Shown here: in pieces, positions 20,520 to 28,852 of the stretch
Position numbering within the stretch: position 1 is the stretch's first letter
Layout of the letters: each line of letters starts with the position of its first letter
Source: a virus
Lineage: Duplodnaviria; Caudoviricetes
IMG/VR virus record: IMGVR_UViG_3300001336_000004
Coordinates: 1 to 61,801 of that record
Length of the DNA: 61,801 bases
Reading direction: 5' to 3' (one strand)
The notes under the pieces: model-generated
What the model was told of the DNA's origin: nothing
Database searches by the model: none
Seen by the model: only the letters and a program-made list of their open reading frames with translations
Translations under genes and position numbers: made by a program

Positions 20520-20702
20520 TTAGATTTTTACGCCTTCCGACCGCGCCCAATTATACAGGCCCTCGTCGTTGAGAATCCACAATCGCCGCTCGTTATCATT
20601 GAGTCGATATTTTTCATCGCTCATTCGTCGGCGAATGTAGGCGTCGATTTCGCTGCGGTTTTCTCTCATGAATGTTTTGAACGTTTTGAACGTTTTTTCC
20701 AT
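20520..20702 (-). CDS. Small hypothetical protein
   Basis: GAGGGG RBS; W-rich C-terminus LNDNERRLWILNDEGLYNWARSEG; directly follows the E1 gene. Confidence 0.6.
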   Translation of the reverse strand: MEKTFKTFKTFMRENRSEIDAYIRRRMSDEKYRLNDNERRLWILNDEGLYNWARSEGVKI

Positions 20703-20716
20703 GTCAACCCCCTCTC

Positions 20717-21421
20717 TCAGCGCCAAACGTCGAATGTCGCCAGATTAACGTTGATTGTGAACTCCGGCTCCTGCGCCATTGCCCATCGTTTGTAAAGCGC
20801 CGTCAGGATCGCCGCCGCCATCGCAGCGCAATAAATCGTCGCCTTGCTCGTGCAGCCGTCCTGATATGCGTCCGCAGCGTCGAATAGCGTCGCGCGATAG
20901 CGGATGCGTTGATCCCGTTCGCGGAGATTGACGCAGAACGCCTGCAACGATTCCGCCGCCATACGTCCGTCGAACAGCACGGGGATTGTCTGGCGCAATC
21001 CCCCCGAAATGGCGCGATACAGGTCCGTGCGCGTCGTGATCGAATCAACCGCCAAAAAAACCACGCACGGTTCGCTCGACCGAAACATTTCGGCGTCCGC
21101 GCGCGCCGCGATTGCGTGGACCTCGACCGCGCTATTGATTTCGCGCAGCCGATCAGCCACCGCACGAACCTTCAGGCAGCCCACTTCGGCCTCGTAGAAT
21201 CCCTGCACGCCGAGATTGACCGTGTCGATTTCGTCCGGGTCGATCAGCGTGAAACGCAGTACGCCGAGTTTCGCCAGCATCTCGGCCAGGTGCGAGCCAA
21301 TCGCCCCGACACCCACGATTACGGCGCGATGCTGGTTGATTGCATCCTGGCACACGATTCCCGCGTTCCGCGCGTTTCGCGCGTTTCGGTTTTGGTTTTG
21401 GTTCATTTGTCTAGCCACCAT
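20717..21421 (-). CDS. E1-like ThiF/MoeB-family adenylyltransferase
   Basis: VIVGVGAIGS nucleotide-binding loop, LIDPDEIDTVNL, LKV.AV..L..IN, AVDS, DGRM, and a C-terminal CTSKATIYC. Confidence 0.9.
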   Translation of the reverse strand: MVARQMNQNQNRNARNARNAGIVCQDAINQHRAVIVGVGAIGSHLAEMLAKLGVLRFTLIDPDEIDTVNLGVQGFYEAEVGCLKVRAVADRLREINSAVEVHAIAARADAEMFRSSEPCVVFLAVDSITTRTDLYRAISGGLRQTIPVLFDGRMAAESLQAFCVNLRERDQRIRYRATLFDAADAYQDGCTSKATIYCAAMAAAILTALYKRWAMAQEPEFTINVNLATFDVWR

Positions 21422-22218
21422 CGTTTTTTCCCTCCGTTATCGAAAAACACGCCTAAAACATCCATACATTCGGCGCGATCAGTCGGGTCAATCCCGTATA
21501 AATCACAGCAATTCAGAAAATCGTCGTATTCGATTGACTCGTTTTCAACGCCCTCGACGTCGTCGCTGAAATAATCGTAGCCCGACGACATATCGTCCCA
21601 ACCGCGCGGCCTGCTGATGATTTCGCTCCACGTCTCGGACCGCGCAGAAACTCGCTCCTGAAACTCCTGCTCCCATTGGTCGATAGTCTCTGGCCCAACC
21701 GACGTAGACCAGGCCAACCAATCGACGTCAACCCTGCATTTAACGTGAATCCGACCCAGGCGCGTATTGACATAGGCGCGCGCGAACGTTTCTGCGCCGC
21801 GCCCGTGAGGTTGAATCATCATCAGCGCAAACGGATAATCGGCAAAATTCGCGTCCATTGTCTGGTCGTCCGTGCCGCTCGGCCCGTTGCAACCAACTGG
21901 ATGCGTGTGCAACCAACACGCCAACTGCCATGGTTCGATTCCTCGCTCGACGTGTAAACGCATTTGCAAATCGGCAAACCACGCCATGTCGTTTTCGACA
22001 AATGCGGCGCTCGATTCATGCGCCGCCAGGATAAAATCGCTGATGCGAATCACGCCACCGCCGACCGAATCAATCAACCCATACGCCGAGAGTTCATCGC
22101 TCGTTCGCTCGATCATCCAGCGCAGATGCACGTGAGCGACAGGGCTGAGAATCACCCGCAGCGCCGGTGTGCTGTTCACCGTTTCCGCCAGCTGTTTCAC
22201 CTGCGTGTTTTTTTTCAT
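21403..22218 (-). CDS. JAB/MPN+ (JAMM) metallo-isopeptidase
   Basis: N-terminal Glu (SDELSAYG) plus WLHTHP..PSGTD (HxH-x7-S-x2-D). Confidence 0.85.
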   Translation of the reverse strand: MKKNTQVKQLAETVNSTPALRVILSPVAHVHLRWMIERTSDELSAYGLIDSVGGGVIRISDFILAAHESSAAFVENDMAWFADLQMRLHVERGIEPWQLACWLHTHPVGCNGPSGTDDQTMDANFADYPFALMMIQPHGRGAETFARAYVNTRLGRIHVKCRVDVDWLAWSTSVGPETIDQWEQEFQERVSARSETWSEIISRPRGWDDMSSGYDYFSDDVEGVENESIEYDDFLNCCDLYGIDPTDRAECMDVLGVFFDNGGKKRWWLDK

Positions 22219-23321
22219 TCGTTCCCCTCCTCGTCCCCTTCTTCACGCTTTTCGGCGCACTCCGCGCACAGCCCGCCGCCGTCCGTTGCTGTCGAATCTG
22301 CCTCGTGGATGCCGCATCCGCATTGGTCGCAGTGCAAAAAATAATCTCTAAAACACAATTCGCAAACCACTCCGTCCCGCGTGGGAATCTGCTCACTATT
22401 AGGCCTCGCCTCGTCGCACCATGCACAGGTAAACAGGCAATCATCACAAAAATAATCCTCGCCGATTGGGGTCAGCTCGCTAAAATCGTAATGTGAATCG
22501 CACGACTTACAAAATTGGCCGAAGCGGTCGTCGTAAATCGACCAGTACGCCGAATCGGGATTGTACGTCTCGACCACCGCGCGCACCGCTGCGACAACCG
22601 TAGTCAATGAACCCGCCTGCACCGCGGCAGAGATCAGCACGGACGCATCACCATAGCACAAATCCCCGTTGTCCGCCACGTGTGGATGTTTGCCAATTGT
22701 CAGCCGAATATTCCAGATCAGATTGCCGTTCTGGCCGATGCCGATGCCGACGATAAACTGGCATCGGCCCAAATCAAATCCGTCCAGTTCCAACGACCAA
22801 TAGTCGATCACTATTTCCACCACGCCGCCGCCGCTGAAATCACAATGCCCCTGGTTGAAGTCGAACGACATGTCCAACCCCTGCCGCTCGATCTCGCGCA
22901 GTTCGGCGAGAATCCGCGCCCGCAAATCCCGTACATGTTCCGCCCGCGCGTCCCGCGCCGCCGCGATGGCCATAATCCGGCTCCGCGCCGCCTGCTCCCT
23001 CTCCGCGCGTATCTGCTCGCTGGAGTAGACACGATACGGGTTTGGCTCCCCGCACGCTCCCGTTTGCGTTGCCGCGTTCTCGATGCGCCGCGCCGCGCCA
23101 CGCCATCCGCGCGCCCTGGCCTTGCGCAGCATTCGCGCAACAAATTGGCGTCGCTCCGTATGTTCCCGAACGGACGTTTCCGTCTCGCGCGCGCGCACAG
23201 CGTAACGGCTAACGCACTCTCGACGGATCGCCGTCGAGAGTGCTTTAGCGAATTGCTCGCGCGCGCACGTATCACCGCGTTCTGTTTCGATTGCGGTCGC
23301 TGTGTGCGCCGTGTCGTTCAT
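22215..23321 (-). CDS. Prokaryotic E2-like (UBC-fold) protein with C-terminal Zn fingers
   Basis: KHPHVADNGDLCYGD..YNPDSAY resembles the E2 HPN..G.IC active site; six CxxC motifs follow; ATGA overlap with the Ubl stop. Confidence 0.75.
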   Translation of the reverse strand: MNDTAHTATAIETERGDTCAREQFAKALSTAIRRECVSRYAVRARETETSVREHTERRQFVARMLRKARARGWRGAARRIENAATQTGACGEPNPYRVYSSEQIRAEREQAARSRIMAIAAARDARAEHVRDLRARILAELREIERQGLDMSFDFNQGHCDFSGGGVVEIVIDYWSLELDGFDLGRCQFIVGIGIGQNGNLIWNIRLTIGKHPHVADNGDLCYGDASVLISAAVQAGSLTTVVAAVRAVVETYNPDSAYWSIYDDRFGQFCKSCDSHYDFSELTPIGEDYFCDDCLFTCAWCDEARPNSEQIPTRDGVVCELCFRDYFLHCDQCGCGIHEADSTATDGGGLCAECAEKREEGDEEGNE

Positions 23322-23560
23322 CGTCGCGCCGCCCCCTCGATTTTCGCAGGCACGCACGATATGAAATCCCCGGTTCTCACTGCGTCGCTGGCCGCAGGCG
23401 TAAAATAGGCGCCGCCGCGCAATACGCGCACTGTGAGGCTCTGCGGGTCGATACCGTTGTTGACGAGGACCGCGCCGAACGTCGATCCCGCGTCTGCATC
23501 GACGTTTTGTGCCAGGCCGGTCGCTCCGGCCAGGATTTTCACCTGCAGTTTTTCGGGCAT
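23318..23560 (-). CDS. Ubiquitin-like (beta-grasp, ThiS/MoaD-like) protein, 80 aa
   Basis: MPEKLQVKIL..VRTGDFISCVPAKIEG-AARR; AGGAGG RBS; first gene of the E2-JAB-E1 cluster. Confidence 0.75.
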   Translation of the reverse strand: MPEKLQVKILAGATGLAQNVDADAGSTFGAVLVNNGIDPQSLTVRVLRGGAYFTPAASDAVRTGDFISCVPAKIEGAARR

Positions 23561-23672
23561 TTTTGAATGCCTCCTCGGTTTGTGATTTTCAGCGCACCGA
23601 AGTGCGCCCAACACGTCCCCTCGTGCGTCGATCAAAGTGCGCGGCGCGGAGGGGACGCATTCGGCGCACGTC

Positions 23673-23879
23673 TCAAACCGCCGGACGTTCGCCGCGCGCA
23701 GCCTCCGCCGATTGCGCCAGCGCAATTCCGCGCGTAATCTCCGATGGCGCATACCACGCGTCACCCTCGACCCAAATTGCCGCCTCAACATCCGCCGCCG
23801 CCGCCCCCTCCGCGCGCAGCGTCGCATAAACCCGCGCAATTTCGCGGGTTTTGTCGCAATGGTTGTTTGTCGTTTTCAT
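23673..23879 (-). CDS. Hypothetical protein
   Basis: GGAGGGAG RBS; ATGA-coupled to the upstream ORF. Confidence 0.5.
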   Translation of the reverse strand: MKTTNNHCDKTREIARVYATLRAEGAAAADVEAAIWVEGDAWYAPSEITRGIALAQSAEAARGERPAV

Positions 23880-24556
23880 TGCCGCTCCCTCCGGTTGAGA
23901 CTGCTGGCGTGCCACTCAACGGACGAGAAAAACCCGGATCCGGTGTTGCATACACACAGATCGCCCTCGGCGATCTCCGAGCGCCGCACAAACATTCGGT
24001 TTTTTTGCTGTAGGTAAGCCCGGATGTCGGGCTGACTACAGCTGTAACCGGACCACGCCGCCAGGAGCGCGAGCAGAAACGAACACGCCGCCGGATTAGT
24101 GACCACCGCATTAGTGGCTTCTTTACCCGACCAGGCCGCCAGGACTGCCAGCGTCGTGCGCGGACTGGTCTCGGCGTCCGAGAATAAAATCTGCGAGAAT
24201 TCGTCTGGGACGTTGCCCAGCCGGGTCAGCTGGTACTGTGACCGTCTGAGTTGTGCCCAAAAGTCCCCCGCCGTTACGGGGGGGAGGACGTAGTGACTTA
24301 TGTACTTGGCGACGAGGTCTGCGCCGTCCGGCGACGCATAGACGTCGTCGCCCAGACGGGCCAAATAATAGCCTGGCGGGATAACGGAGAGATCGATCCC
24401 CTCGCTCCATCCGCCATTACTGTCCTCGCGTATCTGCACGACATGCAGGTCGTCCCTGTATGTCGCGCTCTCGGGTTCCACGCCCCACGTGGGGGACCAG
24501 CCGCCCTGGTTGTTATCCAGCCAGCGGCTGGACGTGCTCGTTGACAATTTTTTCAT
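23876..24556 (-). CDS. Hypothetical protein
   Basis: 226-aa ORF with an AAGGAGG RBS. Confidence 0.6.
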   Translation of the reverse strand: MKKLSTSTSSRWLDNNQGGWSPTWGVEPESATYRDDLHVVQIREDSNGGWSEGIDLSVIPPGYYLARLGDDVYASPDGADLVAKYISHYVLPPVTAGDFWAQLRRSQYQLTRLGNVPDEFSQILFSDAETSPRTTLAVLAAWSGKEATNAVVTNPAACSFLLALLAAWSGYSCSQPDIRAYLQQKNRMFVRRSEIAEGDLCVCNTGSGFFSSVEWHASSLNRRERQ

Positions 24557-24646
24557 GTCCGCCTCCTTTCGATTTTTGCGGCGCCGTGCCGTGCCGCTTG
24601 TGCGTGCCGTCTGCGAGAGACGGCACGAGGCAAGCTGCGCGTGCGG

Positions 24647-24982
24647 TCAGGCCGTCGCCGCCTCCACGGCGGCGGCGATGAGGTCCGGCAGGTCCTCGAC
24701 GGCGTAATCTCCCGCCGCCTCGAGGTGCGCGTAAGCCCTCGCGCGCGCGTCCACCGCGAGGCTCTCGAGCGCGACGCGCTGCTGGTGGACGCGCAACAGC
24801 ACGTCCTCCCACCACGCACGATCGGCGCTCGAGAGCGTCGACCACGGCTCGTCGCCGTAGTCTTCGTAGGCATCGCGGACCTGCCCGTACTCCGTGATCT
24901 GCATCCCGATCCCCGGCCACACGCCGCGGGGTTGATCGATGACCGTCTCGTGCGACGGTCCCGGTCCCTGTCCCTGTCCCAT
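24647..24982 (-). CDS. Hypothetical protein, first gene of the leftward operon
   Basis: AGGAGGA RBS; downstream of the candidate promoter. Confidence 0.55.
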   Translation of the reverse strand: MGQGQGPGPSHETVIDQPRGVWPGIGMQITEYGQVRDAYEDYGDEPWSTLSSADRAWWEDVLLRVHQQRVALESLAVDARARAYAHLEAAGDYAVEDLPDLIAAAVEAATA

Positions 24983-25027
24983 TTTCGTCCTCCTGTTTTT
25001 TTGGGGGGGGGGACTGAGTCCCCCCCC

Positions 25028-25074
25028 TGTATAACCATGTCGGGATTGTTATACATTGCCCCGACCCGTGTCAA
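25028..25074 (-). promoter_or_regulatory. Leftward promoter candidate overlapped by a palindromic operator
   Basis: TTGACA (25069-25074, minus strand) preceded by A-tracts. TGTATAAC-N12-GTTATACA (25028-25055) covers the -10/+1 region. The -10 spacing is non-ideal. Confidence 0.5.
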
Positions 25075-25134
25075 GCTTTTTTTTTGCGTCGGCGCGATTT
25101 TTTTTTGCGGGGCGATTCCGCGCCCGCGCCCGCT

Positions 25135-25590
25135 GCCCGCAAGGTTGGCGAGGATGTCATATTTGATCGCGACGAGCAGTTCCTTGCTTTGGTGGCTGAG
25201 CCATGGAAAGGCGTTGATATTGAGGAGGACCAGGTTCAGCGAGAGCGTGCCGGCGAAGATCAGAATCGGACGATAGAGAAACATCAGGTTCACGCCGCTG
25301 GTGCGGATCGCCATGATTTCGAGTTCGTTCGAGAGCCGCCCGAAACCCATCAGCACGCCGACAAGGACGCCGATGGGGATCGTCTGTGCAAACATGTTCG
25401 GCAGCAGACACGCGAGGAAGCCCCGCGCCCGCGCCCGCCGCCCGCTCCGGCCCCCGCCGCCGCGGTTGATCAGCACGCCGACAAGATCGTATAGTTTAGC
25501 GGTCAGCAGAACAAATGTGCCGACGAACTGGCCGAGCAGCATCGGCCCGGTGATTTCGGCCAGCGTGTAGCGTTGAACGGCGCGCAGCAC
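25135..25590 (-). pseudogene. lptF: 5' fragment (about 150 codons) of a host LPS-export permease LptF (YjgP/YjgQ family)
   Basis: GTG start MLRAVQRYTLAEITGPMLLG..TIPIGVLVGVLMGFGRLSNELEIMAIRTSGVNL..RP. Homology stops after the third TM segment. Confidence 0.8.
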
Positions 25591-25912
25591 AATGGATGCC
25601 CGCGGGCGGACGCCGCGACGCCGCGCCCAGGACACCGCCAGCACCACGCCCAGGACCGGCGCCCTTACGCAATAACGTAATATCCTTACGATTGCCCACA
25701 TTGCCCACAATCTGGCACGGTACACGCTGAGGCAATAATCGTGCCAATTGGGGGATTTGGGGGGGATTGTATCTTTCTTACGGTTTTCCCCAGACCATCC
25801 ACAAAATCGGACCTTTTTTTCGTTTTCCGAATTGTGAGAATCGGAGTCGGAAAATCGCATAAGTCGAGCAATATCAGTCGTCTAAGACGCCTATGGCCCA
25901 ATTCCAGACTGA

Positions 25913-25980
25913 ACCGTCCAAAACGTCCAAAATCCAAAAAATCCAAAAAATCCAAAAAATCCAAATAGTCCAAAAAATCA
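25913..25980. repeat. Imperfect 9-bp tandem repeats (TCCAAAAAA-like)
   Basis: Direct reading: about 7 imperfect units. Confidence 0.8.
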
Positions 25981-26198
25981 TAGAGCAATTTCAGCAGGTT
26001 CGACCGCCCCGATCCCCCCCCTGGTCCGCCACAAGGCCCCCCGCTGGACCAAGCGCCGCCTCGTAGAGGTGGTATTTATCCCCCCCTTTTCCCCGCGAGT
26101 ATTTTCCGGTCCTTTAGCCCCATCGTGAATTTTAGCCTTTTCGGGGTTCGCGGATGGGGATTTTGTATTTTCGCAAGGAGGAGAAGTTTGGAGTGGTG

Positions 26199-26240
26199 AG
26201 TGTGGAGTGTGGGGTGTGGAGTGTGGGGTGTGGAGTGGTG
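26199..26240. repeat. 7-bp GT-rich tandem repeat (GTGTGGR)
   Basis: gtgtggagtgtggggtgtggagtgtggggtgtgga within a strongly G/T-skewed tract. Confidence 0.8.
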
Positions 26241-26995
26241 TTTTGGGGTTGTTTTTAGGTATAGGGTGTTGATTTTGTGTAGGTTGCGCAAGGAAGTGGG
26301 TATTGGGTGTGTTTGAGGGGTGTAAGTTCGCGTGGTTCGTGGGTGGTTCGGGTATTCGGATTAGGGGGGTAGGAAGGCCGATCTGCCCTTTAGGGGTAGC
26401 GAGAGACGCCTGACCCCGATAAAGTGGCTGAGAGTGGCTGATTCGCACGATTTGAGGCATTCCAGCATCCTATCGAGCACGTATTTTGAGTTCAGTGCTT
26501 CGAAGTGGTTGGTTCGGGAAGGCGCGCGCGACGCTGCGGTTTTCCTCCTCCCCCCACGTGAGAAAGGAGTGTGAATAGGCCCCCCTAAAGGGGGCCGTTA
26601 ATCTCACACTCCTATTCTCACTCCCCCTAACACTCCTAAGGGAGCACGGGGTAGGGACGTGTGGGTCGTTGAAAAACCTACGCTTAGCCCTTCCCACAAA
26701 AACTAAAAGGTTTATGGATAAGAAAGATGTACCTTTTTTTAATAACAACTGAAGCCACATCAGTTAGGAATGATTCTTGGTGGTTTTTGGCGTTTGGGGC
26801 CGTTTTTTATGCGATTCATTAAAATAAGAAAGACGTACCTTGCGAACTAAAATTCGGGGCGTCAAAAAAATAACACCAAAAAAAACGGTACCAAACCAAA
26901 CGGTAAAGCGAACTGAGCCGGAATCCTTCCATTTTTTTTCTGCGAGGGCGGATATTTGTTCTTGCGGAATTTTTTGCATCGGGGTGATTTTTTAC

Positions 26996-27024
26996 TTGAC
27001 GAAGGCCCGGGCGGGGCGTAGCGT
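26996..27024 (+). promoter_or_regulatory. Rightward sigma70-type promoter
   Basis: TTGACG-N17-TAGCGT with upstream T-tracts, about 30 bp before the first rightward gene. Confidence 0.6.
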
Positions 27025-27055
27025 TCACGGCATTCTGTCACGGAAGGAGAAAACC

Positions 27056-27490
27056 ATGAAGCGCGTTTTCGTGTGCAGCCCCTACAACGGCGACATCGAA
27101 AAAAACACCGCGAACGCCCGCGACATCTGCAAACTCGCCGTCGAACGCGGATGCGCACCCTTCGCCCCGCATTTGATCTACCCGCAGTTTCTCGACGAAA
27201 ACGACGAACGACAACGCGCCCAAGCCATTCGCCTCGGACTGAGATTTCTCGAATGCTGCGACGAAATATGGGTCGATGTCTCAAAACCCACAAGCATCGG
27301 CATGGTCGAGGAAATCCGAACCGCACGACGCTGCGGCATCCCCATGATCGCCGTGCGCGACGGGGTGCTCGTCGAAAGCGACACCAATCTCGATCTCATC
27401 GGCGCCAACGACCGCTTCGGCTTTCTGTGCAAAACAGCCGCCATGACGCCGGACGTGCTCGAACGCGCCGGAAGGGAGGTGACGGAATGA
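27056..27490 (+). CDS. DUF4406/nucleoside 2-deoxyribosyltransferase-like protein
   Basis: VFVCSPY.GD..N...A..APHL.YPQFL..CDEIWV..S.GM..EI..A; AAGGAG RBS. Confidence 0.75.
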   Translation: MKRVFVCSPYNGDIEKNTANARDICKLAVERGCAPFAPHLIYPQFLDENDERQRAQAIRLGLRFLECCDEIWVDVSKPTSIGMVEEIRTARRCGIPMIAVRDGVLVESDTNLDLIGANDRFGFLCKTAAMTPDVLERAGREVTE

Positions 27491-28026
27491 AGGCAAAAAC
27501 CACGGACGAAAAAGAGATCAAGAGGTTCTGGGCGGCATGGGAAGCCGCCTATGACGAAGCGGTGAAAAACGGAGCGAACCTCGAACAACTGCTGAACTGG
27601 TCGGGGATGCCGATCTCCGACCGCCTCGGCGCGGGATCGCTGCGGCTGCTGGATAAAGGCGGGCGCGGCTACGTCACCGGCAGCGGCAAGGGGGAATATC
27701 GGTGCCACCCCTACGGCGACGGGCTGCTGTTCGAGGGGCGCCGCCGCAGCTTCGCCGACGGCGCCGGCGACCTCGGCTTCAAGGCGGGCCGCCTGCACCT
27801 GTGGGAGGTGACGGAAACCTCCCGCCCCGACCTCAAAGCCGGGGAATGCGTGGACCGCACGACCGAAACGATGGCCAGGCTGCACAAAGTGCTGCTGGAG
27901 CTGGTGACGCTGATCGACGCCGGCATCAGCACGGAAACCCTCAAGAAGGGCGCCGAAAAGGAATCGCCGCTGAAGGTCGCCCGGGAATTGCTGATCGAGC
28001 AATACAAGATGACTACGAAACACTAA
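27487..28026 (+). CDS. Hypothetical protein
   Basis: GGAGG RBS, ATGA overlap, start MKAKTTDEK. Confidence 0.6.
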   Translation: MKAKTTDEKEIKRFWAAWEAAYDEAVKNGANLEQLLNWSGMPISDRLGAGSLRLLDKGGRGYVTGSGKGEYRCHPYGDGLLFEGRRRSFADGAGDLGFKAGRLHLWEVTETSRPDLKAGECVDRTTETMARLHKVLLELVTLIDAGISTETLKKGAEKESPLKVARELLIEQYKMTTKH

Positions 28027-28038
28027 AGGAGATGAACG

Positions 28039-28650
28039 ATGGAATCATTTATGATCGAAATTCGCGACAGGGGAACATTTGTCCCAGCGCTCGTTACGCG
28101 CATCGACCCGGCGAACATCTACCAGGCATTCCTGTGCGAGTGCGCCGGGATTCAGTCCGCCCCGCGCACCATCGTGCTGACGGTGTTCGCCGCATTCCAG
28201 CACCGTCTGGTGTGCTCGAACATTGACTGCGAGGAATGGTGCGACAGAACGTTTCGGGTCGCACACAAATACGTCGAGGAAAACTTCGATTTCGTCCGCG
28301 AAAACCCCGTCGTGGACGTGGAATTCGTTAACGGCGAGACCCTGGCGCCGAAGGTCTCGGAGTTCAAGGAATACATCGGCGGCGTTTTGACGGGGCCGCC
28401 GACGCTCCTCGAGTTCAAGCGGCAGTTGTGCGACAAGTGCAAAAAGAGGGCGGACAAGACTGAAATCACGGCGTGTCCGATTTTCTTCAACGGGTTGCTG
28501 TGGGCGGACAGCGTCCGCGACGAATTCTTCCCGCCGGAATGGACGATCATTGATGAAAGGCGCTGCGTCTGTTCGGATTTTGAGCCGGTGGAGCCGGTGG
28601 AGCCGGTGGATGCGGAGAACAAGGGGGGCGCCGATGAGCATTCGCGATGA
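28039..28650 (+). CDS. Hypothetical protein
   Basis: AAGGAG RBS; Cys-rich C-terminal part. Confidence 0.6.
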   Translation: MESFMIEIRDRGTFVPALVTRIDPANIYQAFLCECAGIQSAPRTIVLTVFAAFQHRLVCSNIDCEEWCDRTFRVAHKYVEENFDFVRENPVVDVEFVNGETLAPKVSEFKEYIGGVLTGPPTLLEFKRQLCDKCKKRADKTEITACPIFFNGLLWADSVRDEFFPPEWTIIDERRCVCSDFEPVEPVEPVDAENKGGADEHSR

Positions 28651-28852
28651 CACCGAGCACCATGCGCGGACGCTGCTCGAAGCGTATGAGCACCAGCGCA
28701 ACGAACACGGCCACGAATATGCGCTGAATTACGTCTGCATGGTCGGGGGCAAGGCGATACAGCAACGCAACGAAATGTCGAACGCGATTCGATTCATGCG
28801 CCTGCATCAGGAGAAACCAGTCGAGGGGGAGCGGAACGATGACGAAAATTGA
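28634..28852 (+). CDS. Hypothetical protein
   Basis: Start MSIRDDTE; overlaps both neighbours. Confidence 0.45.
   Translation: MSIRDDTEHHARTLLEAYEHQRNEHGHEYALNYVCMVGGKAIQQRNEMSNAIRFMRLHQEKPVEGERNDDEN

Noticed and set aside
20717-21421. ThiF/MoeB as a thiamine or molybdopterin biosynthesis auxiliary gene
   Set aside because: There are no thiG, moaE or sulfurtransferase neighbours; it is coupled to E2-like and JAB genes instead.
24553-25860. 435-aa ORF as a full-length LptF
   Set aside because: Only about 150 codons are LptF-like. The rest reads through promoter, homopolymer tracts and another gene's frame as low-complexity Arg-rich sequence.
25686-26979. Short ORFs in the control region (e.g. 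LDFLDF and TPHSTPH repeats)
   Set aside because: They are translations of simple DNA repeats without RBS support.
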